A DNA stretch of 62,725 bases, filler included, from Globobulimina sp. (GCA_003354225.1; 30 parts of 30 records of this genome joined end to end with filler, not necessarily neighbours in it), one strand, 5' to 3'. Positions 35,942 to 47,443 are shown, numbered from the whole stretch's first letter. The notes: generated by a model from the sequence alone, not told the origin. Made by a program: numbers and translations.

Positions 35942-37105
35942 ATGGCACAACCACAAAAACCACACAAAAATCCATTTGCTGAGATTGGAAAAGTGAAATT
36001 AAAGAAAACTAAAAATATAAAAGACAAATCAAAACCACAATTGAGTGGATACTTAACAAAGCATGAAATTGAAGAATATGATAAATATGTTAAATCCTTT
36101 GATATTGAACAATGGTATGAAGCATTAAAAAATATAACATTCCCAACAAAATATGTGGAATTACAATTTGAAGAAGCACAAATATTACAAAGTGTTTCCA
36201 GTCAAATTTTATATTTAAATAAACAAATAGCGATTACTGAGCAGAATGATAAAAAAAATGAATTAAAACAAAGAATTAATGATATCGATTTAGCAAAACT
36301 TTCAGATTTATCATCAAGAATTGATACAGTTATAAGTCAATGGAAACCATCACAAAACGTCAACATTAATGATGAGAAAGTTGAGAATAAAACTGATGAC
36401 ATCGATGAGTTTGGTGTGTTTGTAAAATTATCCTCCCGCTCAGCTAAAGACGCAACCGATACACAACAAAGATTACAAAGTTTGTTTAAGAAATATTGTC
36501 AACAGAATGATGTTCACGATGATAATGATAAAATATATCAATTATTGACCGCAGCCACACATTGTATGAAAGTATCAAATTCAAAGCAAGTTATTTCAAT
36601 GTTTATCAATTCGGAGAGAATACATTTTGATATTGTTTCTGCACTAAAATATGGAAAAGATAATTTTAAACAAAATGTTGTGATTCGAAAATGGATTCCA
36701 ATTGATATTGATATGGAATTTCGCGGATTTGTATTTAATGGGAAACTAACTGCATTGTCTCAATATAATCATATTATTTATTTTCAAAGATTGCCTCAAA
36801 TGAAACAATATTTACAACAAAGGATACAACTCTTTTTTGAACAGAAAGTTGCAGATAAATTGAACCGTTATGATGAGGGTGGCTATGTTGTTGACTTTGC
36901 GATTTGTGGCGAGAATTTGGATAAAATCTTAATTATTGAATTAAATCCGTTTATGCAGTCAACCGACGCTGCCTTATTTTCATGGAAAACAGAAATGGAA
37001 AAATTAAAATATGGACCGTTTGAGTTTCGGATAAGAGATAAAAAAGAAAAGGGACAAATTAAAATTGAACATAAATATCGAGTTTTGTTGGGGTGGGAAA
37101 AATAA
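35942..37105 (+). CDS. CDC123-like (R2K clade) ATP-grasp protein with N-terminal WH2 motif
   Basis: 'FVKLSSRSAKD', 'SERI..D', 'IRKW', 'MEFRGFV..LTALSQY', 'YVVDF', 'IIELNPF'; N-terminal 'FAEIGKVKLKKT..KDKSKPQL'. Confidence 0.88.
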   Translation: MAQPQKPHKNPFAEIGKVKLKKTKNIKDKSKPQLSGYLTKHEIEEYDKYVKSFDIEQWYEALKNITFPTKYVELQFEEAQILQSVSSQILYLNKQIAITEQNDKKNELKQRINDIDLAKLSDLSSRIDTVISQWKPSQNVNINDEKVENKTDDIDEFGVFVKLSSRSAKDATDTQQRLQSLFKKYCQQNDVHDDNDKIYQLLTAATHCMKVSNSKQVISMFINSERIHFDIVSALKYGKDNFKQNVVIRKWIPIDIDMEFRGFVFNGKLTALSQYNHIIYFQRLPQMKQYLQQRIQLFFEQKVADKLNRYDEGGYVVDFAICGENLDKILIIELNPFMQSTDAALFSWKTEMEKLKYGPFEFRIRDKKEKGQIKIEHKYRVLLGWEK

Positions 37106-37302
37106 TTGATTTTAAAAATGAATGACTAAAATAACTAAACTATCAATTGCTTTAATTTTGAATTAATTTTCTTGTTTCTTGATATAATGAGCAGATTCAT
37201 ACTGCAATATTAAATCCGAAATGTTCTTATTTTTTCTTTACAAAAAAGCCTCAGTTTACCATGAGCTTCAATTTTGACTGTCTGCTATAAGAAGTACAGA
37301 AA

Positions 37303-37608
37303 ATGTCAAAAATTAGCACAGAAAACAACAATTTATCATTGGTTCAAAACAAAAAATTAAAAAATGTAAAAGATATAAAACATACATTAGAAACTAAAGA
37401 ACAACAATTTGAAAAAGAAATGATTTCAATCAAAGGAAAATTAAGGAAATCACAACAAAAATACAATGGATTAAAAGTTAAAAAAAAAGAAATTGAAATT
37501 GAAATAGAAATAGAAAGTGATTATATTGCAATTGATAAAGAAATGAAAGAATCGGTGATTGAATATTCAAAACATTTGGAATCCAAAATTGGAAAAAATG
37601 AAGAATTA
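37303..37608 (+). CDS. Coiled-coil protein fragment
   Basis: K/E-rich heptads, open to the contig end. Confidence 0.45.
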
Positions 37609-37708
37609 NNNNNNNNNNNNNNNNNNNNNNNNNNNNNNNNNNNNNNNNNNNNTTAATTAATTAANNNNNNNNNNNNNNNNNNNNNNNNNNNNNNNNNNNN
37701 NNNNNNNN

Positions 37709-37954
37709 AATTGTAGATTTTTAGAAATTGATATTTATGGATGGCCGAAGGTATTTGTGATAACAACAAAATATATTGAAAAAGGAGAAGAGTTATTGTT
37801 GGATTATGGTGAGAATTATTGTAAAATACTGCAAGAAAATTCAAGATGGAGTAAAATGGTGAAAGACATCAGGGAAATATCTGACAAAAATATTGTTAAA
37901 GATCTAACTTTGCATAATAAACATCATGGAATTGAATCATATGTCATTGAGTAG
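37709..37954 (+). CDS. SET-domain protein, C-terminal fragment
   Basis: 'NCRFLEIDIYGWPKVFVITTKYIEKGEELLLDYGENY'. Confidence 0.85.
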   Translation, partial: NCRFLEIDIYGWPKVFVITTKYIEKGEELLLDYGENYCKILQENSRWSKMVKDIREISDKNIVKDLTLHNKHHGIESYVIE

Positions 37955-38068
37955 ATTTATTCTTATGTAATAATATATGTTTAAATACGAGAATACGTTT
38001 ACAGTAATGCAGTAAATGCACTTCGAGCTATTATAAAACTGAAAAAGATTTACATTTTGAACTTTTCA

Positions 38069-39121
38069 ATGCGTTCTAGAGCAGGACTGGGAAGTAAACG
38101 TAAAGAGTTAGAAGGACGCGTTGATGAGTTGCCATTAAAGAAACAAAAAGCGAATAATGCAATATCATTCAAAACAACATTTTCTGAGTTGCTTATTTGT
38201 TGCGAAACAAACCATGTCTGTAATCTCGATAAATTATATGGAGGGAAGCTATGTGTTTCATGTAATGAATATTATAAAATTCGTGAAATGTATTTAAAAT
38301 CAATTGGAGAATCTGCAAAATGCTTAGAACCATTAAAATATGTATTATTATCTTATTTAATTCATTCCAATACCAAATATTACACAAAACTCGGCAGTGC
38401 ATTCCCAAAATATCAGTTAATAATGGATGCGTGGTATAAAAATACGATAAATCAAAAAGAATCCAAACAATCGATTGGAATTTTAAAGAAAACTATGAAG
38501 ACGTTCAGCATTGATGGATTTATGGATATTTTAATTAAATTACAACCATGGATAACAGTAAAAGAATTGTCAGAAATTATTCAATATCAATTACAAAATA
38601 CAGGCAAACAAATATTAAACACCGATCGAATCGATCCAGCTGCATTCATTGATAAATCATGCAAAGGTTGTTGTAATTTGATTGGCAGTCAGTCACTATG
38701 TTGGATATGTCATATGGCGGTAAAAGCGTTTTTATTGTTATATTTTACTACAAATTTGTATGAAAATGGAGCGCATTGTTTTATGAAAGTCAGTGATTAT
38801 ATCCATAGTCATTGTGTACAAGGTATTTGTGACTGGTGTTGGTCTGTTTCGATGGATTATCGTCCAATTCAATTATTAGGCAAACATCCGGTAATAAGAC
38901 ATGTTATTAATCAAATGATAAAGCAACAAGATGACGGAACTGAATATTTATTGAAACCACCAATAATAAGAAAAGATATGTTGGTGTCAGCTCAGGAAGA
39001 AATGACAAAACGCATTGTTTCTGGATATTCATACATTTCAAATAATAATGAGCATATAAATCAAGCAACGGGTATTTGGATAGCAGATGAATCGGGAAAA
39101 GTGCTATTGAATATAATATGA
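38069..39121 (+). CDS. Cys-rich hypothetical protein (several CxxC pairs)
   Basis: Intact ORF of about 350 aa; CVSC, CKGC, CWIC and CDWC; basic N-terminus. Confidence 0.6.
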   Translation: MRSRAGLGSKRKELEGRVDELPLKKQKANNAISFKTTFSELLICCETNHVCNLDKLYGGKLCVSCNEYYKIREMYLKSIGESAKCLEPLKYVLLSYLIHSNTKYYTKLGSAFPKYQLIMDAWYKNTINQKESKQSIGILKKTMKTFSIDGFMDILIKLQPWITVKELSEIIQYQLQNTGKQILNTDRIDPAAFIDKSCKGCCNLIGSQSLCWICHMAVKAFLLLYFTTNLYENGAHCFMKVSDYIHSHCVQGICDWCWSVSMDYRPIQLLGKHPVIRHVINQMIKQQDDGTEYLLKPPIIRKDMLVSAQEEMTKRIVSGYSYISNNNEHINQATGIWIADESGKVLLNII

Positions 39122-39296
39122 AATATACATAAATAAGCTGCGTTTATCATTTAACGTTTTGATACCATCAACCATTTCTACTTTTGTTTCATCACATTCT
39201 GGCTGCTGAGGCTTCAAAATTTTCTTCTCATTTACTGGGTTGCACAATATTTAGGCGGTATATACTTTAAGCATTCACATTAATTCACATTCACAT

Positions 39297-39702
39297 TCAC
39301 ACACAATTTAAAATCCAATTTGAGTGCGCTAATGTAGCAACAACAGAGCCTATAACCAAAGAGGCAACACATCGATGCCAAAACTTCATTTGTTTTGATA
39401 ATTCCTTTTTTTGACCATCGCTCAATTCCTCCGGATGTGGACCATCAACAAATGCAGCACCACCATCACTTACAAAGGTTGTTGATGTATTCTGTTGAGA
39501 GTCATCTTTGCCTTTTCTATATTTCATGGTTCTCGCACCGAGAGTTAATGCATTTGGTGCCACATATACAAAATTCAAAAAAGAGAAACCAAATGCAGCC
39601 AATGCAAAATATAATGCATTTTTATCGGATTTGTCCCGAGTTTGTATGAACGTTGTAATTACAATTCCAAATAATGAAAAAGTATTCACTGTCATAAAAG
39701 TT
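39297..39702 (-). CDS. TMEM205/DUF4149-like membrane protein (5' partial)
   Basis: 'LNFVYVAP', 'LSKQMKFWH..ASL' pattern with flanking TM helices. Confidence 0.6.
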
Positions 39703-39924
39703 NNNNNNNNNNNNNNNNNNNNNNNNNNNNNNNNNNNNNNNNNNNNTTAATTAATTAANNNNNNNNNNNNNNNNNNNNNNNNNNNNNNNNNNNNNNNNNN
39801 NNAGCAAATAAACTATCATAAAGCATATTTAAGTTTTGTGACTCTTCCGAACCCTTTATCTCAAATTTGCCGTTACGCTCTGTTAATTCCAAGCGATCTT
39901 CTGGCTGAAGTAAAAGGTAAGCTG

Positions 39925-41306
39925 TGATATCATCAGTAACCATTGAGACACCAAATGAACAGAATACAATCAAATATGTTACTCCATAAAATTGGTAATC
40001 ATTTAATTTAAAAATGTCATTTTTTTTGAATATTAAACTGCAAAAACTATTTCTTGCTGCAAATAATATCACAGGATATCCAAATGCAATAGCAATGGAT
40101 AAACCAATTCTTAATATTAATAAACTGTTTGAATGCGGATATTTCAATAATATGTTACTGTCAATATCAGTTCCATAAGTTTCATATGCACCGTATCCAA
40201 CTGTCGCATACGTTAACATACAAATAAACATTGTTGCACATATAATTATGTTAAGTCTGGGCATTGTGCAATTTTCCAATTCATTGCAAATAGAAAAACT
40301 GTTAAAATGGCACGAATACGACAATAAATAAATAGGTATAGCTTTAAATATTTTGAGATAATTGTTTGGAATGTTTTCTTTATCGCCACCACAATGATTA
40401 CGTCTATGCACTGCATCCAAACGACATGGATCCAATTCAGGAATGCTCGCATATAATATGATGACAATCATAACGTATATAAAGCATAATATTGCAAATA
40501 AAGAAGTAAAACGTAGGCTGTCCATTTTTTTTAATCTTACAGTGGGTATTATAAATATTACACAATATATTACAATCCAAGCACGTCTATCCAGTAATAT
40601 ATGATCCTTGCGATCGCTATAAAATGTTTCTACGACATCGGGCAATAAATCACCAATCACCACAAAATAAGCACATAATATGCCAAATATTGTTATTCCC
40701 ACTGAGATATCCACTAAATACTGCAACTTCGGAATAGTAGCATTACATAAAGAGTTATATGATGAAATTGGAACTAATTCCTTGGCACAATCTACGTTAA
40801 AGTTTAATGTAATTATGTTTAAGATTGCAACAAAAATAAACAATATTCCAGCAACATAATAACCAGTTTGTGCAACGGCATATGGAACACCTACAAACAA
40901 TTAATTCGGAATAAGTTAAAGTATATATATATGTAATATAAATAAAATGTAAAAATACGAACCCAAAGTGCCTGCTCCAATGACTGAAACAATTAAACTC
41001 ATCACTGACGATGGTATTGATGCTTTTGCTTGATTAAAAAATGAGGATCGTCGGTGATATATATTCTCTCTCTGTTGGTGCACTGTTGGTGCTATTTGAT
41101 TCTATCTCTGATGATGTAACTTCAAAATTTTCAAAAGCGTCATTGCTGGTGTACGATCTCAATGAACTATCATTTGCTAATAATGGATCGTATGTCTTTA
41201 CAGAAGCTAAAGATGCTTCAAATGGGATCGTGTCGTTCGCCGTAGCAGTGCTTTTCAACACATTGAACATTATCACAGCTTGAGATGATGACAGTTTTTC
41301 CAACAT
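39925..41306 (-). pseudogene. AAAP (SLC38/AVT-like) amino-acid transporter; intron at about 40892-40962; frameshift in a (GA)n tract at about 41065-41073; 3' end replaced
   Basis: 'ASIPSSVMSLIVSVIGAGTLGVPYA', 'MDSLRFTS', 'SYSCHFN', 'GYPVILFAAR'; last TM helices missing. Confidence 0.85.
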
Positions 41307-41730
41307 AATTAAGACAAGTAATATTTTATAGTGATCATTATTTAGGCTCTACAAAAAGTTCTACATTTCCAAAAGATTCACAGTGGGTTGGACATGTATT
41401 GCTGTTCAAGTTGGAATGCAGATTGGTGTTGTTTCTGATTTTATAGAGTAAATTGCATAAATTAATTTGTACAAAGTTTTTTTTTGTGACTTTTTAGAGC
41501 ATAGTATGTTTACAGCATTTAGTATTTGTTGGATGAGTATCATTCGTCCATTTGATCGCATATGGCACATTATATTTTTACCGTTGCAGATATAGATCCA
41601 ATTCCCTGCATACAGTGAAATCCTGGGTTTGCGGGGTTTCGCAACTATGGATGAGTATCATGATTAAATGTCGAACTCCTACTTAAGCTACCTGCTTTCT
41701 AACTGACATAGACTTATGGGAAACATTATC

Positions 41731-41784
41731 TACTCATATATATATTAGTTTAATCCTATGGTGGACCTGTCAAGTGATCATATA
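41731..41784. repeat. Dispersed repeat shared with 14728-14798
   Basis: TACTC(AT)nTAGTTT(T)AATC(A/C)TATGGTGGACCTGTCAAG(G/T)GATCATATA present in both contigs. Confidence 0.9.
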
Positions 41785-41895
41785 ATAATATATAANNNNN
41801 NNNNNNNNNNNNNNNNNNNNNNNNNNNNNNNNNNNNNNNTTAATTAATTAANNNNNNNNNNNNNNNNNNNNNNNNNNNNNNNNNNNNNNNNNNNN

Positions 41896-42810
41896 TTTAT
41901 TATTTTGTCACTCTGAACAATTTGAAGATATTTGCAGTAATTTGATTGAACAAAATGATAATAAAATTTGTGACTTATCTCAATGTATTATGTTAAGAAG
42001 AAATCAACGCGATCGAGCAACTAACGATGCAAATTATAATTCATTAAACAAATTATATTTCAGTAATGATGAAAAGCATATTTTATCGCAGCAATTAATT
42101 GATCGAATACATTGTTATTACTTTCATTCATTTGATGTTGGATATAAACTGAGCACCGCAGAAGTTATGAATATTAATACTCGCATTCCAGAGCATAAAA
42201 GTGATGAAACAAAGAGACCCGACATTGATGAAAACATTCTGAGAATACATGAATTAATTCAATCGAAACGCTGTCTTCATGGCAATGTGGAAGGTTTAAA
42301 AAGATTGTCATCTAAAAACAACAAATTTGTAAGCAACACAGCATTAAATGCATATGAATATAGCTATGGATACAGATATTTTTATTGGGATTATTACAAA
42401 GATAATGTCAACCAAATTGATGCTGCGCATTGGGGCATAAACTATAAAGGCATCATACACTTAGTGGCCAATTCTAAGTCAACTTTGGGCGACTGGTATA
42501 TTTCAAGCAAGTATGCCAATTTCAAGCTGGAATTACTAAACAATTCAATTTGTGTTCTCGGTGCTATTCCATGGAGTAATTTAATTAAAAAATCTGCAGA
42601 GCTGATTCAATCGCATCATGCCAAATCGATGCATTGTCCGCGACAACAATCAGCAAAATATTACGATATGGAATATGCTGATCTAATTACGACAGAACAT
42701 TTGATTGCCATAATGATATATTGTAACTATGACGTATGTACACATATATATTACTTATGTGGTTGTTATAACTCATACAATTAAACAGAACTTATCCTAC
42801 AAATTTAGTC
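41896..42810 (+). CDS. Cys/His-rich lineage-specific protein, continuation of the ORF starting at 43477; intron 42734-42788; truncated at about 42810
   Basis: Overlap peptide 'EQNDNKICDLSQCIMLRRNQRD' identical in both ORFs; splice gives 'YCNYD|NLSYKFS'. Confidence 0.8.
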
Positions 42811-42812
42811 AC

Positions 42813-43442
42813 TTATCCTTGCAATTTGGTCACTATACTGTCATGATTCACCAATATTCTGTTTCCACACAGATACTGTTCTGGCAACCATAAAAACAGG
42901 AAACCGCCAGCATAAAATATCCAAGATAATATTCCATATTTAATCAGGTTTATGTTAGTTTTAATTGTTCTCAATTGAATGACAGTGGATACAATAATTG
43001 ACAATTGAATGATTACATAGGCAATGACAAAGACATGGAATGATACATAAAAGTAAATGATTGTACTTGCAATTCCATACAATATCGTCAGACTCAATAA
43101 AATATTTGATTTAAACCTAAACGTACATGAAACATACAACATTGACAATGCACACCATAGCATAGGCACTTCGTCCAAAACCTGTCCTTCACGCAACAAT
43201 GTCCCATGGAACGCAATAGAACCTGTACCGACTGCCATCAATGGTATATTATTCAAATAAAATTTATACTCATACTTATATCGAATGGCGTTAACTAGCG
43301 AATAAAAGCCAGCAACAACGAGTGGAATTGATGATAATGTGTTTAAAAATTCAGCGATATAATAGGTAACTTGGTAATTATGCTCGCAAAAGTCATAATT
43401 ACTTGTAATCTCACCCCAATATCCAATATTTTCTTGTGCCAT
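42813..43442 (-). CDS. ACER3: Alkaline ceramidase (CREST superfamily), C-terminally truncated
   Basis: 'GYWGEITSNYDFCEHNY', 'AEFLNTLSS', 'VGTGSIAFHGTL', 'LDEVPM'; stops at 'KLQG*' before the expected HxxWH motif. Confidence 0.92.
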   Translation of the reverse strand: MAQENIGYWGEITSNYDFCEHNYQVTYYIAEFLNTLSSIPLVVAGFYSLVNAIRYKYEYKFYLNNIPLMAVGTGSIAFHGTLLREGQVLDEVPMLWCALSMLYVSCTFRFKSNILLSLTILYGIASTIIYFYVSFHVFVIAYVIIQLSIIVSTVIQLRTIKTNINLIKYGILSWIFYAGGFLFLWLPEQYLCGNRILVNHDSIVTKLQG

Positions 43443-43476
43443 GATAAAATCACATAAATGTTTTGCGTGTCAAAAA

Positions 43477-43888
43477 ATGAGTGCACTAAAACAAGAGAAT
43501 GAGTTTCTGTTTCTCGCAGATGATCAAAACACAACTCTTGAATCTAATTATTTATTTTCACCATCAAATATTTACAAATACAACAACACTCAATGCAATT
43601 TGAAGCAATGTAGACCTCTGCATCGAATCTGTGGCATTTTAACAAAATACCATTCATACATAAATCAGAAAAAAAATGAGCAAATTGAACCAAATGACAG
43701 TGAATCTCTCCAAGATATGATTTATCCAAATAATTATCAGAATGTTAACCTATGCAATGATTATAATCATTTATTATTTTGTCACTCTGAACAATTTGAA
43801 GATATTTGCAGTAATTTGATTGAACAAAATGATAATAAAATTTGTGACTTATCTCAATGTATTATGTTAAGAAGAAATCAACGCGATC
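43477..43888 (+). CDS. N-terminal part of the Cys/His-rich protein (continues at 42015 across the circular join)
   Basis: ATG at 43477; 'CNLKQCRPLHRI..L..Y', 'NDYNHLLFCH'. Confidence 0.8.
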
Positions 43889-43988
43889 NNNNNNNNNNNN
43901 NNNNNNNNNNNNNNNNNNNNNNNNNNNNNNNNTTAATTAATTAANNNNNNNNNNNNNNNNNNNNNNNNNNNNNNNNNNNNNNNNNNNN

Positions 43989-45644
43989 AACCCCGCCTGG
44001 GGTATGAGTTTTTATCTCTACCGGATCAATTAAGATACGCCACAAGGATGCTGCTATCGCATTTGTTTCAAATAATGTTTGCTTTCTATGTACATCGGAA
44101 AAGTATACATCGACAATGTATTGCAACACTACAACACGTTGTTTCCAAATTCGTTTCAACATAATACTCACTTTGTAGTCTTCCCCATTTTGCCACGCCT
44201 CACTGACATAAACTACAGCATCGCTCGTTTGCCTCTCCAAATCTTTTAACTCGGTACAAATTTCTGCAGGAATTACTGACGGGAAATCAGCACAAAAAGT
44301 GGCTAATAATTCTAGTTTGACCACATTTAATGAATATTGATCATGAACTTGACACATTGGAAAATAATCAAACTTTGATAATTCATCAAATCTTCGCAAA
44401 CGTTCTAATTTCCAACTTTGATATGATGCGATTTTCCAACTGCTCATAATACTCACTGCTTTATTCAATGCATCAAAATCTAGCGCAAATCCCCAATCAA
44501 TCAGAATAAATTCCCAATTTTCATTAAATATTACATTATTTTCCTTGATGTCCATGTGACATATACGCTGTCCATGCAATGGGAGAGCTAATAATACATT
44601 ATCCACAACATCCTCTTGTAAGACATTAAGAAATCCAAGCAATCCATCAGCAAATTGTTGGATTGTGGTAAGCGTTATTTTATCAACAGATGTACCAACA
44701 ATTAATTCCATCGCAAAGCCCGAAACAGTATGACAGTTAATCACATCATTCAGAATCAAATAACTTGTTCGCAAATCCGCAACTTTCCCTACTTTTTTTA
44801 GAATATTTTGCTCGATCAGACAATCCATTTTCGAATAGGCACCTTTTGCTTTTGAAGGATCAAAATATTTAAATGCAATATTGGTTGAGTTTGCACTGTT
44901 TGTCCAGAATTTAAATAATTCAAATTGCATAACATCGCCATAGGAGCCTTCACCGAGAAATCCTTTATAATAAAAAAACGTTAACATATTCGTTGAGACA
45001 TTTGTAATGACAGAAGTAAAAAGTGCATATTGAAGAGGCCATTGTATCATAAAAAAATTCAAATCTCTAAATAAATCAATGTGACTCGAGCATAATTCTG
45101 TATGTTGTTCATTAATTATTTGTAACTGACTGTATCGTTTGCGAAGTGCTTTGGGTGAGGAAGATTCCATATATTTCATCATTTTCCTTGTCCATTCGCT
45201 CCAAAACGCTCTATCTTGGCCATACATATTTGTTCGATAAAATAATTGAATGAAGCCAAGTGCAGCTTTGCCAATTCTTTCATAATTATCCTTTGCAATG
45301 GCTGTGGGATTCATCGATGGAAAATATTCCACGACAGATGAATAAAAATGTATATCCCACCTCAAAAATGGTGGAGGTTCGTTGGGGTAAAAAGCCGATG
45401 TAAATTGTAAAGGGACGAATATATTTTCCGCCACACATTGCTTTAATGTGACTACATATCGTTGGATCGTTGAAAATGCAGAGTTTATGTCATTTTGTGG
45501 AATTTGTTGAAACCAAAGTGATTGTTCCATAGCTTGGCTATGTGCTGGACGTGGTGGAGAATGTTCCGGTGAACTCTCCGTTTGTGTTGATAATCTTAAA
45601 TGGAAACTGGCAAATAATAATAAGGGAATCATTATTAATTCCAT
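43989..45644 (-). CDS. Divergent protein kinase with N-terminal signal peptide
   Basis: 'LGEGSYGDV', 'IAFK', 'E' of helix C, 'HMDIKENN', 'LIDWGFA'; hydrophobic N-terminus. Confidence 0.85.
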
Positions 45645-46081
45645 AGATCTTGAATATTTTGAATTATTTGCTATTCAATCAAATTGTTGGGCGAAACTGC
45701 GGGCTAATTATAAATGTACAAGAAAAGATTACCTGTTAAATTAACTCCAGCTGTTAGTAAGCTTAAATGACCACAGTTGTGAAAAACCGCATATTTTGGG
45801 ATTCATATTTGAACATAGTAACAAGGCGTTCATATGATAAAAAAATCTAGAAATCCAATATTATATCATGTAGTTGTTGAATATAAGTATTTAAACAATT
45901 CTATCACATTTTCGCGGCAGCTGAGAAGGCAGATCATTACTTTCCATTTGTATACGTCTGACTATATTTTGCATCCGTACANNNNNNNNNNNNNNNNNNN
46001 NNNNNNNNNNNNNNNNNNNNNNNNNTTAATTAATTAANNNNNNNNNNNNNNNNNNNNNNNNNNNNNNNNNNNNNNNNNNNN

Positions 46082-47443
46082 ATCGAATCCTCGCCAATCT
46101 TATTTGATGAAACTATATTAAATAAATTGCTTCATCATTCCCAATTAAATGATTTTTCTGTGAATAGATTTAAAGATCAAATTAAATATTTATTTATGTC
46201 TTACTTTATGAATACAAAAGCATCGCAATATGCCGCATATTTAATGTATTTAAAAGACAAACAAGTTGCAATTGGAGAGGATGATGATGATAATAAACAA
46301 TTTGATTTGTGGTGGTTTGCGGGCGAAGTAGATTACATTGCAGATATTCTGCAAAATACAGAAGAAGTACACGATGGTCGCATAGATGAAGAGTTTAAAG
46401 ATTACATCGAAAAAGTGTTTATAACATATTGTCGATATGTTGATGCCTTGCGAGTATTTAAAATGGTTTTGGATCATTTAGGTTTTGAATGGAGTTTAAG
46501 TGAAATTATTGCAAAGTTGCAAGATAAACAATTGTTATTTAAACATTTATTGGCGAGAGTTGGTGCAGTGGATAATAATATTTTTATTCCCAGCGAAAAG
46601 GGAGAAAGAGAAGAGTTTCCAGAAAGAATTGAAGATTTTAAAGATTGTCATCAAATTTATACTATTCTTGAAGAAAAAACAAAGTCATTTGATAAAGACA
46701 TTGCAGCCAATGCAGCAAAACAATATAAGATTATTAGAAATGGATTGGAGGAGAAAACAAATATTGATACCCATACAAATACGAATAATAATGGCAATAA
46801 TAAAAGAAAACGTAAATTAAACACCAAACAAAAACGAACAGCATTAAAAAAGCAATTAACGGCAAATACTAATAAAATATTATATGGTGAAGGAAGAAAG
46901 AATTTATTTGAATTATTACGTTTGTTTATTGAAAAACATTTAAAACCAATGAATGAGTTACCATTAAATGAGATATTTGTATATTCCGCAGAAACTGAAT
47001 TTTGTGCAGATATGTTTCCTCCGACAAATAGACAATTTAGAAAAAGATATGAAAATATAAATAAGTCAGAGTCAGATATTAAAGCAGAAGCAATGTGCTG
47101 TATTTATGATGTTTATCAAGAAACTGATGGTTTATATATTAATTTGCATGATGCATACATTGCATTTAAAGAAAGATTTAGTTTTTATAATATTAATAAA
47201 ATGGATATCGATCACAACATTCCAAAGAAAAGAAGGAAAAAGAAAAAGAATAAAAAACAATGTTCAAAGGAGGAGATGAGTACAGATGAAGAAAAAGAAA
47301 ATGAAAAAGAAAAAGTGTCAGAAAAAGAGAAAAGAAATCAAATACAATTTCGACTCAGTATTGAAGATTTGAGATTTTGTGGCTTTCTTAAAGCTACAAA
47401 TAGAAAGAAAGAAGCTCTCATGAAAATGGCTGATTTGTTGTAG
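46082..47443 (+). CDS. ORC3: Origin recognition complex subunit 3, C-terminal half (5' partial)
   Basis: 'LKPMNELPLNEIFVY', 'YINLHDAYIAF', 'QFRLSIEDLRFCGFLKATNRKKE' match the ORC3 winged-helix end. Confidence 0.85.
   Translation: MESSPILFDETILNKLLHHSQLNDFSVNRFKDQIKYLFMSYFMNTKASQYAAYLMYLKDKQVAIGEDDDDNKQFDLWWFAGEVDYIADILQNTEEVHDGRIDEEFKDYIEKVFITYCRYVDALRVFKMVLDHLGFEWSLSEIIAKLQDKQLLFKHLLARVGAVDNNIFIPSEKGEREEFPERIEDFKDCHQIYTILEEKTKSFDKDIAANAAKQYKIIRNGLEEKTNIDTHTNTNNNGNNKRKRKLNTKQKRTALKKQLTANTNKILYGEGRKNLFELLRLFIEKHLKPMNELPLNEIFVYSAETEFCADMFPPTNRQFRKRYENINKSESDIKAEAMCCIYDVYQETDGLYINLHDAYIAFKERFSFYNINKMDIDHNIPKKRRKKKKNKKQCSKEEMSTDEEKENEKEKVSEKEKRNQIQFRLSIEDLRFCGFLKATNRKKEALMKMADLL

Larger units (their letters stand above)
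41896..43888. repeat. Self-closing contig: exact 119-bp terminal direct repeat (41896-42014 = 43770-43888), unit 1,874 bp
   Basis: Direct comparison; the ORF reads through the join. Confidence 0.97.

Noticed and set aside
14671..43888. Near-identical sizes (1,874-1,876 bp) and 119-bp repeats of the three circles as evidence of a segmented virus or LTRs
   Set aside because: Size similarity follows from length-sorted contigs; an identical 119-bp overlap in all three indicates assembler k-mer overlap; the circles share no long common region
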